A stretch of 64,000 bases of DNA from Schizochytrium sp. TIO01 (GCA_004764695.1 SMSO01000037.1:4812747-4876746); one strand, 5' to 3'. Shown: positions 43,408 through 57,800, counted from the stretch's first letter. Notes: generated by a model from the letters alone, not told the origin. Translations and numbers: made by a program.

Positions 43408-46135
43408 TCAACCAAATGCAATAAACATAAGAAGACGATCACGAAGCTGAGCGACCGACATTTGGTTGATTAAGTCTTTGTCGTCTCCACCGAGACGAAC
43501 GTTTGCGGAAGCTACATAAAGGTCTCTTAAAGATGCACCCCCAACAAATTCTTTAGTGAGAGCTACAGATCTACAAAATGCCTCACGGGGAGCGCCGGCA
43601 TATTGCTTGACACCACGAAGAAATCGGCATTGTTCGCGAGCACTCCATGGTCTTGTGATCTCCACAAATTTGTTACCTCTCTGGATGGCCTTGTCAAGAG
43701 CTGTTTCTAATTGCACTTTGCGCTCAGCATCAGCTGCAAGTTCAGCTTCAAATTCTTTGCGACGTTCGTCAATTCCTTCTAGTGCTTCAGTGCGACCAGC
43801 AGATTGTAGAGTGATAGCGACAATCTTATCCATTGGATGCGAACGTGTTGGCGGGCGATGCACCTTTGTGCGACAAATAGGACAGTTCAAAGTTTTACCC
43901 AGCCAGTGGCCAATACATGGTTCACAGAACATATGATTGCACTCGAGTGTGGAAGTGTTAAAGAGAGGCTCTTGGCAAATTGGACACACAAGTTCTGAAC
44001 AGAGTTCTGACATGCCCGATTTTCGAGCACGAGTCATACCCTTTTCATTAGACTCATGTGAAAGTTCTTCTTTCCCGCACAAGTCTTTCACACTAGTGTC
44101 AGGAGAGGGTGAAGGAATACTCTCAGGGGCCGGAGATGAACATCCGCCTTTATCTGACCCTGTACGGCACGCATTTTCATCAGTCAAGGGCATCACTGCA
44201 ATTTTGCGGGTTGAAGTTTGGTCATCGTTGGGACGTACCCGCTTTCCTCGGAAATGCACTTGAGCAATGCTTGCTTGGTGAAGCTTTTTGTTGCCAATTC
44301 GAGTTTCTTTTGGCCTCTTGAGATTTACCCATGTCAGTACCATTCTGTACCTCTGCAGCAGCACCTTCAGCAATAGCTTGCGCAAATGTCTGTTGAGCTT
44401 CCGGACATTGTTTCGCAAAAACTGCCTTTGCCAATTCCTTCTGAGTTTCTGTAACAGCATGACACGCAGCATCTGCAGCAGCCATGACTTCAGCGGCCCG
44501 TGAATCAGCACCTTTACACAACATCATGGCATGTGATTTTACCATACGCATGAGGCTGGAGAATGGACAATCCTGTTCATTCATGGGTGAAGTCACTACG
44601 CCTGTCCCAGTAGAAGTAGTCACAATTGCACGAGGTTCTTCAGATGAAGGAACCAGTAGTTGCTGTTCTGACTGCTCAGGCTCCGTAGCTTTAACTACTT
44701 GGGTGGGTGGTGAAGGCGTGTGGTGAGGGTGCACGTGATGCGGAGAATCATGGTTGTGCTTTGAAACATTGTCATGATGATGACGTTGGGGGCTGTGGTG
44801 GTGGTGGTGGTGGTGGGGCCGGTGATGGTGATGGTTGTGGTGGTGATTAGAGTGACGTTCTTCATGGTGCGGGCGATGATGACCAGGGTTATGGTGATGA
44901 GGGTGGTGATGATGACTGATGGGTGGGGGGACAGGGGAAGCCTGACTATCAGTGGATTCACTTCCGTGAGATTGTAATGTACAACGTTTGCGCTGGCTAC
45001 CGTTGGCGGCAGCGGAAGCAGCGGCACTTGGATCACCCGGAGACCACCGCCTCTTCAAGCACTTTGCTAAGCTGCATGGAGAAAAACAGTGTTTTTGCTG
45101 TTCTTCTGCTTTTACAGCATCAACTAGATTAGAAGTCGGCGCATCTGAGACTGATGAGGAAGACGAGGAGGGCTTAGAGCAACGAAATGCAAAAAAAGAC
45201 CCACAATTATTGGATGAACGTCCAGATTTTGCTCCACATTGAAATTTACTAGAAAAGAATGAAGATGATGAAGACGAGGTAGGCGGGTTTTCCATTTGCT
45301 TCGAGGGTTGGTGCGATGGTAAAGGGGAATGCAAACTTAATCCTGACAAACTAGGCCCAGAATCAGCTTCGGCAATATTCGGTTGACTACTACCACCATG
45401 ACTATCAATTAAACTACTTTTGCTGCTCGCGCTTGCAGCAGTCTGGGACTGGTCTTCTTGCAAGGTTTGTGAAGAAGACTGAGAGGGCAAAGCCTGGGTG
45501 CCTGTCAACTCGTTGTCATCCATGTTAACATCCTGATTCTGACCAGTTCCGTATTCACTTTCCGTATCTTCACTTTTATAGCTTGACAGCTCTTCGAATC
45601 GGTACTTCAGTTTACCTCCAGTAGCCCAGGGCGGGCCAAAGCTAAGTACATCGCCAGTTCTGATCATAGTGTCCTGCTGCGCAGCAAGTTTGCGCTCATT
45701 AAGAAATGTTCCATTGGTACTACCCTCGTCACAAAGAGCCCAGCCGAAGCTAGGTGCATGCGTGGGTTTGAGGGTAAGATGGCGACGAGAAAGTACTTTG
45801 GGAAGTGACGAGAAACAGACGTCGCTTTGATCGGCACTACGACCCAGTGAAATAGGTTTTCCGTCCAGATAAATTTCTCTTGGCACATCTGCAGGTCCTT
45901 GACCGCCAATCTCAGGCGCTGACACAAGTCTCAATAGTGCGATTGCAAGTTCCTCTCTCTGATGCGCACGAGCGGTAGTTTCTCTTGGAGTGATATCATC
46001 ATCAATTGCCTCTTCTTCAAGGGTACTGCTGCTGTCTCCATGGCGAACTTGCCATGATGCGTCTGCAAGAGAACTGTTGATACCAGGAATTCCACGGCGA
46101 GCGTCGCTGGGTGCGGCAGCCTCTGAGGCTTGCAT
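43408..46135 (-). CDS. FHA domain - RING (C3HC4) E3 ubiquitin ligase, RNF8/CHFR-like; two exons
   Basis: FHA: ISLGRS...LSRRH...LCDEGSTNGTFLN (ORF 44222-46135). RING: CPICQEPL...ECNHMFCEPCI...W...CPICR (ORF 43408-44511). A GT-AG intron ending at 44196 joins the two frames. Confidence 0.85.
44196..44238 (-). other. Predicted 43-nt spliceosomal intron (an alternative donor at 44328 gives 133 nt)
   Basis: On the minus strand, GCGG|GTACGT...AAAATTGCAG|TGATG. Removal gives ...RKA-V-MPLTDEN, removes the TGA and enters the RING frame. G|GTAAAT at 44328 is in the same phase. Confidence 0.6.
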
Positions 46136-46826
46136 CGCGACCCAGGACGCTGCCAGCAGATGTGAGCCACTTACGGGTAAGTTAACTCCACTACAATTGT
46201 CAGAGTTTTTCGGGGTCGCGAACTCTGCCCACGATGAATCTTTCCTTTAGACTCAACGCAGAAGGAAGAATCTCAAGCTGGATGCCTAACTAATGCAAAT
46301 GATACCTTTCCACGGTCCCTCGTCTATGACAGAACTTATTTTTAGTGTCTGAAAATTCCCCAAATGTGTTGGAAACCTATAAAACCAAAGCCCTTAATTC
46401 CCTTCGGAACTGAAATTAAAGTTAGAGCGGATTCCACAGAAATGATTCTCCTGAGCGTTTTCAGAGCTTTGCGACACTCACCAAGTATTTACTTCTTCCC
46501 TCCTCCTTATTGAGAGAGGAATCCCGTCACCCAGCAATCAGCAAGAGCACCTCCTTTAAGTATTCTCTGGTAACCCAGGCACTTGGACTTTGGACAACAG
46601 TCCGAGTGACGGTGGCTGCTTTGTTAGAAGGTTCACAAGCAGCGGTCAGAAAGTGGGGTACCTCGTGGTCGATTGAGGCGGAATCGATCAGAGTTGGTGA
46701 CAGAAACTGCGCTCCAGAGAATTACGCCGCGTAGAGTCAGGTTTCCCTTTCTGGCGTCAGGCTAAGCAGATAGGCAGAATTATCTCCTTTTCAAATATGG
46801 TCTCTTTGTGAGGACAGGTAAGCCAC

Positions 46827-46869
46827 CAAGCACGTGGGCAAGCAAGCAAGCAAGCACGTGGGCAAGCAA
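46827..46869. repeat. 24-bp tandem duplication carrying two CACGTG (E-box/G-box) sites
   Basis: CAAGCACGTGGGCAAGCAAGCAAG followed by CAAGCACGTGGGCAAGCAA, about 700 bp upstream of the FHA-RING start. A regulatory role is unproven. Confidence 0.7.
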
Positions 46870-47958
46870 AAAAGCAGAGTCGAGGTCGCTCGCTTCTTTG
46901 CTTGCTTCTTTATACTTTGGGTTGTTTGAATTATAAAATCGATCGCTTTTCCACTTCTCCTTTCGAATAGGTTTTACTTTCCCTCCGGCAAGGCGATCCG
47001 TTCCCCTGATGGAGCTGGCAGGCACGCAGGTAGGCAAGCACACTCTTTATTCCCTCGCGGGCCTCACGCTCGGCAGCTCGGGTGCTCGCTCCCTCGCTAT
47101 GGAAATGGCAGTCTGCCCAACTACTGTCTCTGTTGGTTTGTTGTTTGTTTTGTGTGTTGTTTGTTTCTTTATTTCTATTTATTTCTCTTATTTCTGATTC
47201 TTTTGTTATTTGTATGTTTATGTTTCTTTCTAAGTGTTCTTTTCTTCTCCTTCCTCTTTTCCTGTCTCCCGAATAAATTTTTATTGTCAAAAAACCAAAT
47301 TAAACAGTGAAAACAATTTTTTTTATTTTATTTAAAAAGAATGAATACCAGAATGATTTATTCAATTCTAATAAGAACGTTTAGTTTATCACATTCTTGC
47401 AAACGAATTTATGCCTTCATTTACGTGGCGGCCTTCTTCTTCCCTCGCCATGATCAGAGCCTTGTTCTCTTCACGCTGAGACAGTCGCCCCTGCGTCTCC
47501 CCTGCTTGCGCTTCTCTGGCTGGAGTTTATTTTGCTGCTTCTTCGTCCAATTTACTGTGCTCTCTAAATCGGTCAATCAATCAAATGTTCATTTGTTCAT
47601 TTATTCATTCATTCGTTCGTTTGCTCAATGACATCATAGCAACTAATAGGTAGGCAGGCATCCACTTAGGGTTATTTCTAGTATGCCAAGCGTTCTAAAA
47701 CTTTGGCAGAATAAGAAGAAAGCGAAAACCAGAAAACGAGAAAGAGAATTGAATTGCCCTTCGTAGGACTTCCTAAGCAGTCAAATAGGACCCCAGCGAA
47801 CGAAGAACCCTCGTTCCCGCTCGCTCTCCCGCTCTTCGGACACTACGAAATAGGGCCTCATAGGCAATACTATAGCCTCGCGCTAAAAATCCATCGATAA
47901 ACCGAGAGGGCCACTTTCTGTCTGTCTCTCTCTTTCTGTCTCCATACATTTCGACCAA

Positions 47959-47999
47959 CTTCTTCTTCTTCTTCTTCTTTCTTCTTCTTCTTCTTCTTC
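47959..47999. repeat. (CTT)n microsatellite
   Basis: Read directly; one interruption. Confidence 0.9.
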
Positions 48000-48842
48000 A
48001 AAATGTTGGTCTTGCTTTTACTTCCCCTCTTCATTGTTTGTCTCTCTTTCGGCCGAGTGCGTTCAATTTCTTTCCTTCATTCTCACCGTCGATGGCTTTA
48101 TTATTATTTTATTGGAAAAAATAAAATAAAAATGCTTTAGTCCTGTCTATCCTTTGAGAGAGCCTTCTTTCAAGAAAGAACACAGAATAGTACCTGTACC
48201 AACCAAAAGAATGTTGATTGATGGGTTCTCCTAACTTAACTGGCCTATTCTCCTATTCTCCTTTTTCTTTTTGCTTAAAATAATGATAATAGTAGGTTAT
48301 CGTATTCATACATTAATTATTAAGTGTTAGACCTTGTTTATACATAGTATATGTATGTAATTTAACACTAATAATAATAATAAAAAGCAAAAAAGGAGGG
48401 TCCTCTTCAAAGACCTACTTCTGGGAACATAGCTGTCAATATGTTCTTTAAAGCAAGCTTCTCAGTAGTGGTTTTACTTTATTCTGTAAAACTTTTACTA
48501 CTACTTAAAGAACAAAACCAACAAAACTAATGATACAATGATTTCAAAAGACTGTTTAAAGTTTGTCAAAAAGTGGGTGCGCGCGAAGAGAGAGAGAGAG
48601 AGATAGAGAGAAAGGGCATAAGAGTGAAGATCTCCAATTCAAACAAACTGCTTCTCCTGCTCCTTTCTATTTGGTCGTCGGGGTCATTTGCATGCCACAG
48701 CAGGTCAAAAGCAGGCTCGCAGTTGTAAGCAATGCACAGGAGGGTCCCGATAATCGCCATTTCATTCCAGTCAGATCATTCTGCGTTACGTTCAATGAAT
48801 GCAATTTTCGAAATAACTAAGAACTCGAAGCCAGAGGTTCTC

Positions 48843-48843
48843 T

Positions 48844-48898
<55 letters not shown>
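48843..48898. repeat. (TTTC)n microsatellite
   Basis: About 13 units read directly. Confidence 0.95.
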
Positions 48899-51800
48899 GT
48901 TCTCTCTTCATGTTCTCTCATGTTCCTGTTCCTGTTCCTAGCCTACCTATGGCGCGTAGGTAGTACCTGCTACCCGGTGTTCCACTCGAGAGAGCAAGGG
49001 AAATCATAGCATAGATAGATAGATAGATACCTAACGATGTACCGCGGTACATATGTCTCTCGGGTCGTCTCGCGATTTTGCACGAAGCCCACTCCGGTCT
49101 CGTTCCGATGCATTGAAAAAGGCGGGAAATAAGCCACGAGATGGCCAGAGGAGCAGCCAAGAGCACTCGCAAATCCACCGTAGCCACGGCAGGCTGCTGC
49201 ATTTCACCTCTGATTGAGAGCGAGAGCTGGCGGCGCGAAACCTCGAGTCTTGAAGTTGGAGAGGCATACGTACTCATACGTAGGATACATACATGCTTAT
49301 AAATGAAGTACCAGGAAGCTAACCTCTAGCTAGCTATTATTATTGCTACCAGTGATCTGTTCTAATGCATTGCATTCTTTCAACTGTTCTCTTACGGCTT
49401 TGGATTTAGAGATAATAGGCCTTTAAAAAATAAATAAAAATGAAATTCAATTGAAAAAATAGTCTCATTAATAATAGTATTATTTTGAAATTGAAGTCAA
49501 AAATGAAAATGAAAATAATATCAGAAGAAGAAAAACAGGTAACTAGTAGTACTGATGATTGCTACAGTTGCTTTGGTCGATTTCCTTTGTTTCTTCGGGT
49601 TGGTAGGTAGGTAGGTAGGTACATAGTTCCCCCTTACATAGACAGGCACGTAGTGTTTACTGATAGAAAGTCACCTTTAATTTACGAGCTAGCTTTTCAC
49701 TTGAAATAAAAAGGAAAAGAGAATAACTTCGGCTCGCAAGTCTCCTTCGCTGCGGGGGTGACGAGAGTGAAAGCCCACCTCTACAATGGCAAAGCTGTGG
49801 GAGATTCAAACACGATTAATAGACATGAACATGGTTTTGTTGCTCAGTGGAGAAGGAGAGAAGGAGAGATGAGAGGTGTATCGAGCAATGGAGCCCGAAG
49901 AGGCAGAAAGTGTACTGCGGGGGGCTGTGAGGGCGGTAAGGCAAACGAACAAAGAAGGCTCCTTCGGTGCCGACAGTCAAAGCCCGCTGATGATGTTACC
50001 TGGAACTCCAATATTGAGTAGCACCCAACATGGAGCTTTCTCTAAGACTGCGGCTTCACTGTCTCCTGATTGAAGTTCCTGTTGTTAGGGGTATATAGGG
50101 CAAACGGGTAGGGGCCTTTGGCGGCGATTGGGGCGAGGCCTTCTGTTTCTTGGGCAAAGCTGCGCAAAAGCCGCTCGAAGGTAGCTGGAGAAAGGCCGCT
50201 GCGACGGGAGAAAGAGCGAGTTCCATGCTTCGAGGGGTTTTGGGGCTTTGAGGAGTGTCGAAAGCAGCACCTGCTGCGTTCTCACGGCGGTGCTTGCCGC
50301 CAGTCTTGCCGCGATGCTCTGGCGGGGGAACGAAGAACCCGATTCCTGCTTCCTGTTGATTCCTGGATAGGAGAGTCATAGTTATGTACCTTTATTTTAA
50401 AAAGTTGATGATATTCGATTTAGGCTATTTATTCTGAGATTTTTAAAAAGAAAAAAAAGAAAAACAATTATATGTACATACCAGTAATATTATTGAGGAT
50501 AGTGTTTCGTTCTTTTCGAGATTGGACATAAAAAGTCAAGTTGGCTTAAAATATTTGAGTTAAAAAAAAGAGGATGTTCAAGTGTTTAGAGCTAGAAACG
50601 ACCATCATACTATAGGTTTTTAAAAGTCGCCAAGTTTTGTTTGGACTCCGTGGTTAAGTGGTCAGCACAGTCATTCTCTGTGCCTATGTATTGGTATCGA
50701 GTAAGCTCAAAGCTGCGGGTAACTAGCTATGCATGAGTGAAGATTTAGTGGACCTCAGATGTCTGGATATGGTCCTTACATTACACCGACTCGGATGGCG
50801 TACAGCTAGGTACCTAAAAAATACTTTCTCGTTGGCGTTTTCTGTTTTTTTTTTTTTTCTTTTTTTTTTTTCAATAAAAGCTGTCGAATCAATTGATCTT
50901 CTATTCAACTTGGTCCATGTTTCGTAGTCCATCCACGGCTGATAGCTTAGGTTCCCACTGCTTTGAGGCCTCTGGTGGAACGAACTCAGAGGTCGATCGA
51001 TGGCGCCGTTTTGCTTTAAAGAGTTTTTGGCCGCCAGTTTATTCTTTATTCCCTGGAGGTTGAACATAGTCAGAAGGAGGAAGTCGTGCCAATGCAAAGT
51101 GTGGGGAGCGGGACGAGAAGAACAGTGCCTAGGAGTGGGATAGTGTCGCTACTTAGTGCCTACCCGTATCAATCGTTGCTTTTGCTTGCTTGAAATTAGT
51201 TAGTTCTGTTGTTCCGATTAAGGAAGAACAGCGTTGGTATGAGGTGTGCGCCGCTTGGTGATAGGATGATATTAGTTATTTGCGGTGGTGGTCACGTTTG
51301 TATGGATGAATATGGGAAAGTATATTCTTCAGGAAGACTTTGTTATCATCATCGAAGAGGACATTTCGTTGACGATGCTCATCAGGAAAATCATCCACCA
51401 CGACGTTGGTCTTCATGAGACCGCTAATTATTCTGCTTGATGTATGTGAAGCTACGTAGGTACTTGATAGTAAAACTTGAAAACTTGTTATTTTAAAGTT
51501 AGCATATTTTAATCAAAACTTTTTATCATCATCAGGAAAAAAACTTAAAAAACTAAACAAAAAACAAAAATATATTTTAATATACATGGAAATATGTATC
51601 TAAGAAGTAATGAAGCTAATATTCAAGAACGACTTGTTTTGACTCCGCCCGGCTGAATCGTTGGAGAGAGAGCTTCAGTGATACCTAATTAGCAACTTCG
51701 TTTTCAACCTCACGACTCCGAGATAATAAGTTAAAATCTGTTAGCTTGGGTAAAACTCAAGCCGAAACAATCGCTCGTTGACCCTTTTGCTCAGGCTCTG

Positions 51801-54800
51801 CGCGGCGAAAGTACAATAGACACCCGAGTCGGAGCGGAGCTTGCTGAGGCTTTCGTTCAAGAAGTCTTCCGGACCTTTCTTCTCACACCTATCCTCGTTT
51901 CCCCTTTGCAAGACTTCGCAATGATAGTAACGGTTGTCGCAGGTTGTGCTCTGCCTCGAACTAGCAAATCCACTTCACCAGCGCGAACCTTCCTCGGCAA
52001 TAAATGACAGATGAAAACCAAATATTCAAGTTCATTCATTCAATCCCGTTTGGTGCTTCAATTGCCGACTTTACCCTTCACATTTGCCGATATCTTTCTT
52101 GCTGATCGGGCTTCAATGAGGGGAACCTAAACCAAATCGTAAAGCGATTGTTTGTGGGTACTTGAAACAATCGAGCAAGAATATGCTTTACGGCGAGCTG
52201 CTCACAGGTATTGCAGATGGCGGTACTGCTCGACACCGCCAAGGTGCTAGACTAAGGCAACTTTGACAATCTGCTGTACACAACGTCTTATCTTGATTGA
52301 AAGAAAGTGTTTTTGCAGACAAGGCCAGGATCTTCTAGTCAATAAGCGACATGATTAGTAACGAACAGCAGCGACGAAATCTGCATACCTGAATTCCTCT
52401 TTAGTGAATAGTATGCCACGTTCCACATTATAAAGTGAATGATCGCGGTACAACTAAACCATTTTGGGAACAACTCTATGGCAGCAGCAACAGCAAAATC
52501 ATATATTGCAATGAGCTACAATATTCTGTCAGGTATCTCATACATATGCAGTGATCAAATTTTCAGCCGGCAACAAAGGACCACGCCCAAATTGGGTCTT
52601 TCAAAGAATTCACAGACATGTGCTAGTGACAACAACTGGGATTGGTTGATGGGCAAGTCGCTTGGTTTTTCAAGATCGATGCATACGATCTTGCGCAGCT
52701 TCTGTAATGTGAAATTTCAGATAGGCTTGGCATCATTAATGTAAATAGAAAATCTGTTAATTACAGTAGAATCATTTGCCCTGAGGATCGGCCTGTCGCA
52801 CAGCTTAATACTCTATTCTTGGGCAACTACTTTGTTTGGGTAAATAATAACTGCGCAATTTGATTGGGCATATCTTCTTCGAAAGATATCGTTGATCGCC
52901 TTTCAGCAATCCTCTCGCTGACAGTATAAATCTTAAATGCGGCATCAAGCTGAGCATCATAGTGATGCCGAGCTGATTTGTATCACCAAGCCACACTTGC
53001 TGTGCTATGTTTTGAAAATCTTGTTGTTCCTAGCGCAGATCCTTTCATTGGTTTAATGTGAGTCCTACGGAGGAGCCAGCATATGCCAAACGCTATCTTA
53101 AATGTTGTTGATGATGAGAGACGCGAACATTTTGTTGTGGCTATTGCGGTAAGCATAATGTTATCCGTGGCAACTCGAAGACCATCCTGCCTGATTGTCA
53201 AATTAATTGAAAAACGCAGCAGCTTAGTACATCTAAAGCATTCCATCCTTGAAGACCTTATCAGATCCATCAGCTTTGATGTGATGCCTCTGGATTGCTG
53301 GCGCTTTTCGAAGATCACGTGGTTAAAACGACATACGGATTTCGAGTAGTAGACTTATATCGAAGAGGTTGATGCTTCAGCATCGTGCAAAGACTGACTG
53401 GTTTAGAGATGTCTGACTTCGACGACCTTCTGATCAAGTACTTTCTTAGAGGGGGATGGGCTAGTTTTAAAACACCGTGACGTAACAATATAGTTATCTG
53501 GCAAAAATAGAAAAGAAAAAAAAAAGAATAGAAAAAAGTATTTCCATCTGAAACAAAACTAACAAAACTTTCTCTAAAAAACTAAAAAATAATATATAGC
53601 ACCATAGGTAATAATAGTATAATATTCGTGGCTGTGTCTGTTTGTGGGTTAGACTGATACGAAAGTGCAGCATGCTAGGATGATATATGAGAAAACTCAG
53701 AATAAACGGGGGTTGTGCTCGTTCCTCCGACGAGAAGCTACGAATCTGCCAAATTTAAATTCACTTTTTGACATAACTATGGATTCTGAAGGATTTCGGT
53801 GTGTGGATGGGGGTGGTGAGTGGAAATAGGATTATTTGTATCATCACGTTCAGCGTCGCAATTGATTTTGCTTTCTGAAAGGTTGTATTAGATAGGCAGC
53901 GGTAATTGCCTCTTTAGTAAGTATGACCTTCAAGTTGGGTGCGTGGGATAAATGAAAATGGAGTATTTCAATGCTAACTCATTGTAAAGAACACCAAAAG
54001 AACGGGCAAGGCCAGTCATCCTTGAACGAATGGATACTACTGCATCATGTGCTATATACTTGCAGACTTTCATCTGAACATACATTTCTGGTCATTGCGG
54101 TTGGAGTTATTGCTTCTTTGCTGAGACTTCGCCCAGCACCTTCTCTAGTTGATGACAGGAATAGTTTGTGGTGAACTTTACGAAAGAAACAAGAGAACAT
54201 AGCTGGCAATCTACGCGTTAATATGATCTGCTCTCCATACATAGCAAGAGTATAATGAGAATCACAATCCCGATGCTATCAAATTTGACCCCAGCTGACC
54301 CGTTTAAGATGGAGTCATAGCTTTCTAGATCTGCGATATACATGTCAGGGGCCTGAAATTAAACTGATCATGATCATATCTGATGTCTTTTCACCTTTGC
54401 AACAGGTTAACTAAAATGCCTTTAGTCTCACTTGAAAAAACAACAACGGTTAATGTTCATGGTCTCCACTTTCGTTGCCGTGCAAGTAGTACCCATATTT
54501 GACGAGTGACTGTTTCATAATAGACCAAACTATACACTAAGTCTTACTGCCTTTGCGATGCCTTATAAGTTTGCCTCCTTGCTTTTACGTCTTGGGTTGT
54601 GCTGCTACATGGTCTGCCTTGAATTCGCTTTGTAAGTTATATTTGCGATTCGAAAGACTGCATAAACGCCCACAGTGTCGGCAGCTGCGGGTGGTTTTTT
54701 CTTATTGTCCTCCAGTGTTACTTAGGTACCCAGCTATTTAGCACTAGGCGAGTTATCATTTTGACATGAACAACACCAGTAGTATTAACAATGATTAGAA

Positions 54801-57800
54801 GCTCAAGGTCTGTGGCAAGTTTAGGCTTGCCAATGTTCTAACAGCAAATGTGTCATGGGGACACGGGATAAGGCATGATAGAGGTCAATGGTTGCGTATA
54901 ACCAGCACAGGCTCTAGGGAATGCAGCAGCATCAGCAGCAGAAACTTATAGAGGGTCCTTTTTTATTTTTTATTTTTTAAAATTAAAATACTAGACAATA
55001 GTAATAATAAAAGAGCTGCGGTTCTATGTTCTCTTTTTGGAATCTTGATGCGCAATAGCCTCCTGTGATATTGCGGAATCTTGAAGTCAGCGCACCTGGT
55101 GCGGATTTTACTTACTTCAATCAATCTCTTACAGTTGAAGTACGCTTAATGGCAAACGTTTATAGCAAGCTTGGCGAGTGCTTCGTCAGTTTGTCCCAAG
55201 GAATGATGCAAAAACTTTACCATGCTCGAGGCAGGTTGGGGAATAGTTTGATTGAGTGGAAACGCTTTATTGAGCATCTTTTTACACTACTAGGCGTTGG
55301 TCTTCTGGCGGATTGATGTTGCCAAGGTACTCATGAAGAATTATGCCATTCATGGTACCTAAGAGATCTGATGTGTTTGGTCAAATGTTGCCCACAGTCA
55401 AAGCTTTGCCTTTGAATGCAAACTCAAATAGCTTTCGATATCGTTTGTTTTAAGTTTCCTCACGATAGCCTAAGTGATGCCCTTGTTGCAGGCCTATTTG
55501 CTGCTCCACATTTCGAGGTACCTACTTTAGAAAAACTCACAAAGTCACCTTGTACTCGGATCTAAGTTGGCCATTTATAAGAACTGGCCCGGGTTTATTG
55601 AAGGAGGATTGCTACCAAGAACCTCCATCGCCTTCGCACACCTGACAATTACATAAACATATGCTCCAACCTATCGTCAGAATAATAAAAACCAGATTTA
55701 AGGCCTTCCTGAGTTGGTCTTATCTCGAATTTGCTTGACAGAAATATCGAAAAGGTGGAAGCTTGCCATAGCGATGAAAGATCTCCCCTCTAATGCTGTC
55801 GAGACCGTGCTGAAATGCTAACTTGTGGCCGAGTTTCCGGATCAAGGTCACAGCAAAGCTTTGCTCATCCGCTGGCAAAACCAACGTCTTTGCTTGAGAT
55901 CCTGCGCTTCGCATTCACTTGCGGCGATGATGAGAACATTCCATCGATTTCGAAGGTGGTCAGTTTGAAAGTGGCAGGTCAAAGCTTATAGCAGGGGGGT
56001 GTTTCCAGTACCCAAGTCTCTCGCACCGGTCCAAATACGAGGCAGCAGCTAATCACGACAATGCTGCAATTGTGCAGATGCTCAAGCTTCAAATCATCGA
56101 ATAGTATGAGGAACAAGACTAATAAATGTCTTCACATAATCTCTGTGAATTCTTGTTCGTTCCTCTTTTCTCTTCGTTCTTCTCTCCTTGGTAGGTTAGG
56201 CGCCTACTAGGTTCCCACTACCAGCTTTGGACAACAGGATGCGACACGAGGTGGCGCTCAAACCCGCATCGCTTGAGTTCTTTCTTTTCCCCGACCCGGA
56301 CTTCCTCGCGTTCGCTTCGTCCGCGTGTGCGTTTCAAGAGACGTTTGGACATCTGTGTCGCCCCCGCTGCCAGGGAAGACCGCTCACGGCTCGAGGAGGT
56401 CCACGCTGTCCTCCATCTTCTTCTTGCGCTCTTGATCTTGATACTCCAGGCAAGTTGATCTGATCTTGCTTTGAATTCGAGGTCGGTTCATTCTTCAAGA
56501 TCACTCGAAAACGAGAATCAATTTCTAGAGAAAGCATATTTGACAAAATCCTCAAAAGCAAACTGAGCAGAAACAGCCTGCGCACAAAACGTAAACCGAA
56601 GTGCTGAGGACACCAGACTCGGCCTTTCGCCAGCAAGCTTGGGACTCCTGATCTCGATCGTTGGAACACATTCATAGAACCGTTCACACGGCCCTGACCT
56701 GCCCTAAAGCTGCCCAGCGAAGGCCGGCGCAATCGGCACTAAAAATCCCAATGGCCCAACGACAACTTGTACTCCAACGCGAGAGGCGGACTGAGCCCGG
56801 GTACAGGGCAGAAAGGGAACAAATCTGCAGAATTTGAACTCTTTTTCGCTTGAAGATGAATGAATCCATCCATATAGGTACTGGTACGCAGATATTTATG
56901 TATTGCCCTTTTTTTTCCCTTAAAAAAAGAAAGTATATCCTATTAGTGTTACTAGGGTCTATAATAAAGAAAAGAGAAGAAGAGAACACTATAGATAATT
57001 TTTTCTTTTTTTTTAAACGAACAAAGAACAAAGAGCAAAAATAAGAACACTTAATTTTCTATCCCTGGGAACGTAAGTATTGAGTGATTATTTTGACTTG
57101 AGTTTTTAACCCAATTAAATAAAATAAGATTTAAACTCAGTCCCTCAGACTGGTGAGAATATATTATACTTGAGATACTTTAAGAAACTATGTACACGTA
57201 GTGGCAATGGCATTGACGAACGCAGCTAGTAAGAGAGGGACTTTAGACAATGACTTAAATATACAGGCTATACGCCAGAATTTCGATTGTGAAAATCTTG
57301 CGAATTTCTTAACTTTAATTCGAGTTATAACAAATCTTCTTTTTACATGTAGTTTTTGATGGGTGAACGGAGCGCGCCATAGCAAAAGGAGTGATGGCGG
57401 CATCGGAAAAGGAGGACATTTTCGATGCGCAAGTCAAAGATACTTCGAAGCAGCCATACACTAGGAGTGATATTCACTATGTATGTTCCTTGGACACGAA
57501 GCTAGGTACACTGCTCTGACACCAATCCATGGTTGGTGAAATGGATAACTTGAAGAACTCTAAGCTGGTTGGGTTTGGAAAGGTCCAGCAGGCGAACTTG
57601 ACGACTCCATGACAAACATATGAAATTCAAGAAAAACTACAAAATGAAATAAGTATCCTCCGGGTTCACATGCGTTCAAGTTACACTTACGAGTGAGGTC
57701 AAAGATTGCGCTGTCTCCTGCTAAGTTCTTTTATCCCTTCGATTAAATACCCGAAGTCTTAATTGTGGCAGGGAATACTAATCGAACTCTGTTCAGTCGC

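Noticed and set aside
44222-44511. Programmed +1 frameshift between the FHA and RING ORFs
   Set aside because: A canonical GT-AG intron restores the frame more simply, and no convincing slippery site with a stimulator was seen.
50644-50720. tRNA-like start GACTCCGTGGTTAAGTGGTCAGCAC (A-box-like)
   Set aside because: No GTTCRA T-loop/B-box and no acceptor-stem complement; it cannot be folded as a cloverleaf.
49987-53195. TGATGA...CTGA pairs (49987-50069 and 53111-53194) as box C/D snoRNAs
   Set aside because: No terminal stems, and only short, mismatched complementarity to rRNA segments as I recall them; a snoscan run would be needed.
52300-53400. Possible minus-strand pseudogene or stop-codon-reassigned ORF
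   Set aside because: Manual translation gives TAA, TAG and TGA stops at about random frequency and no recognisable motif.
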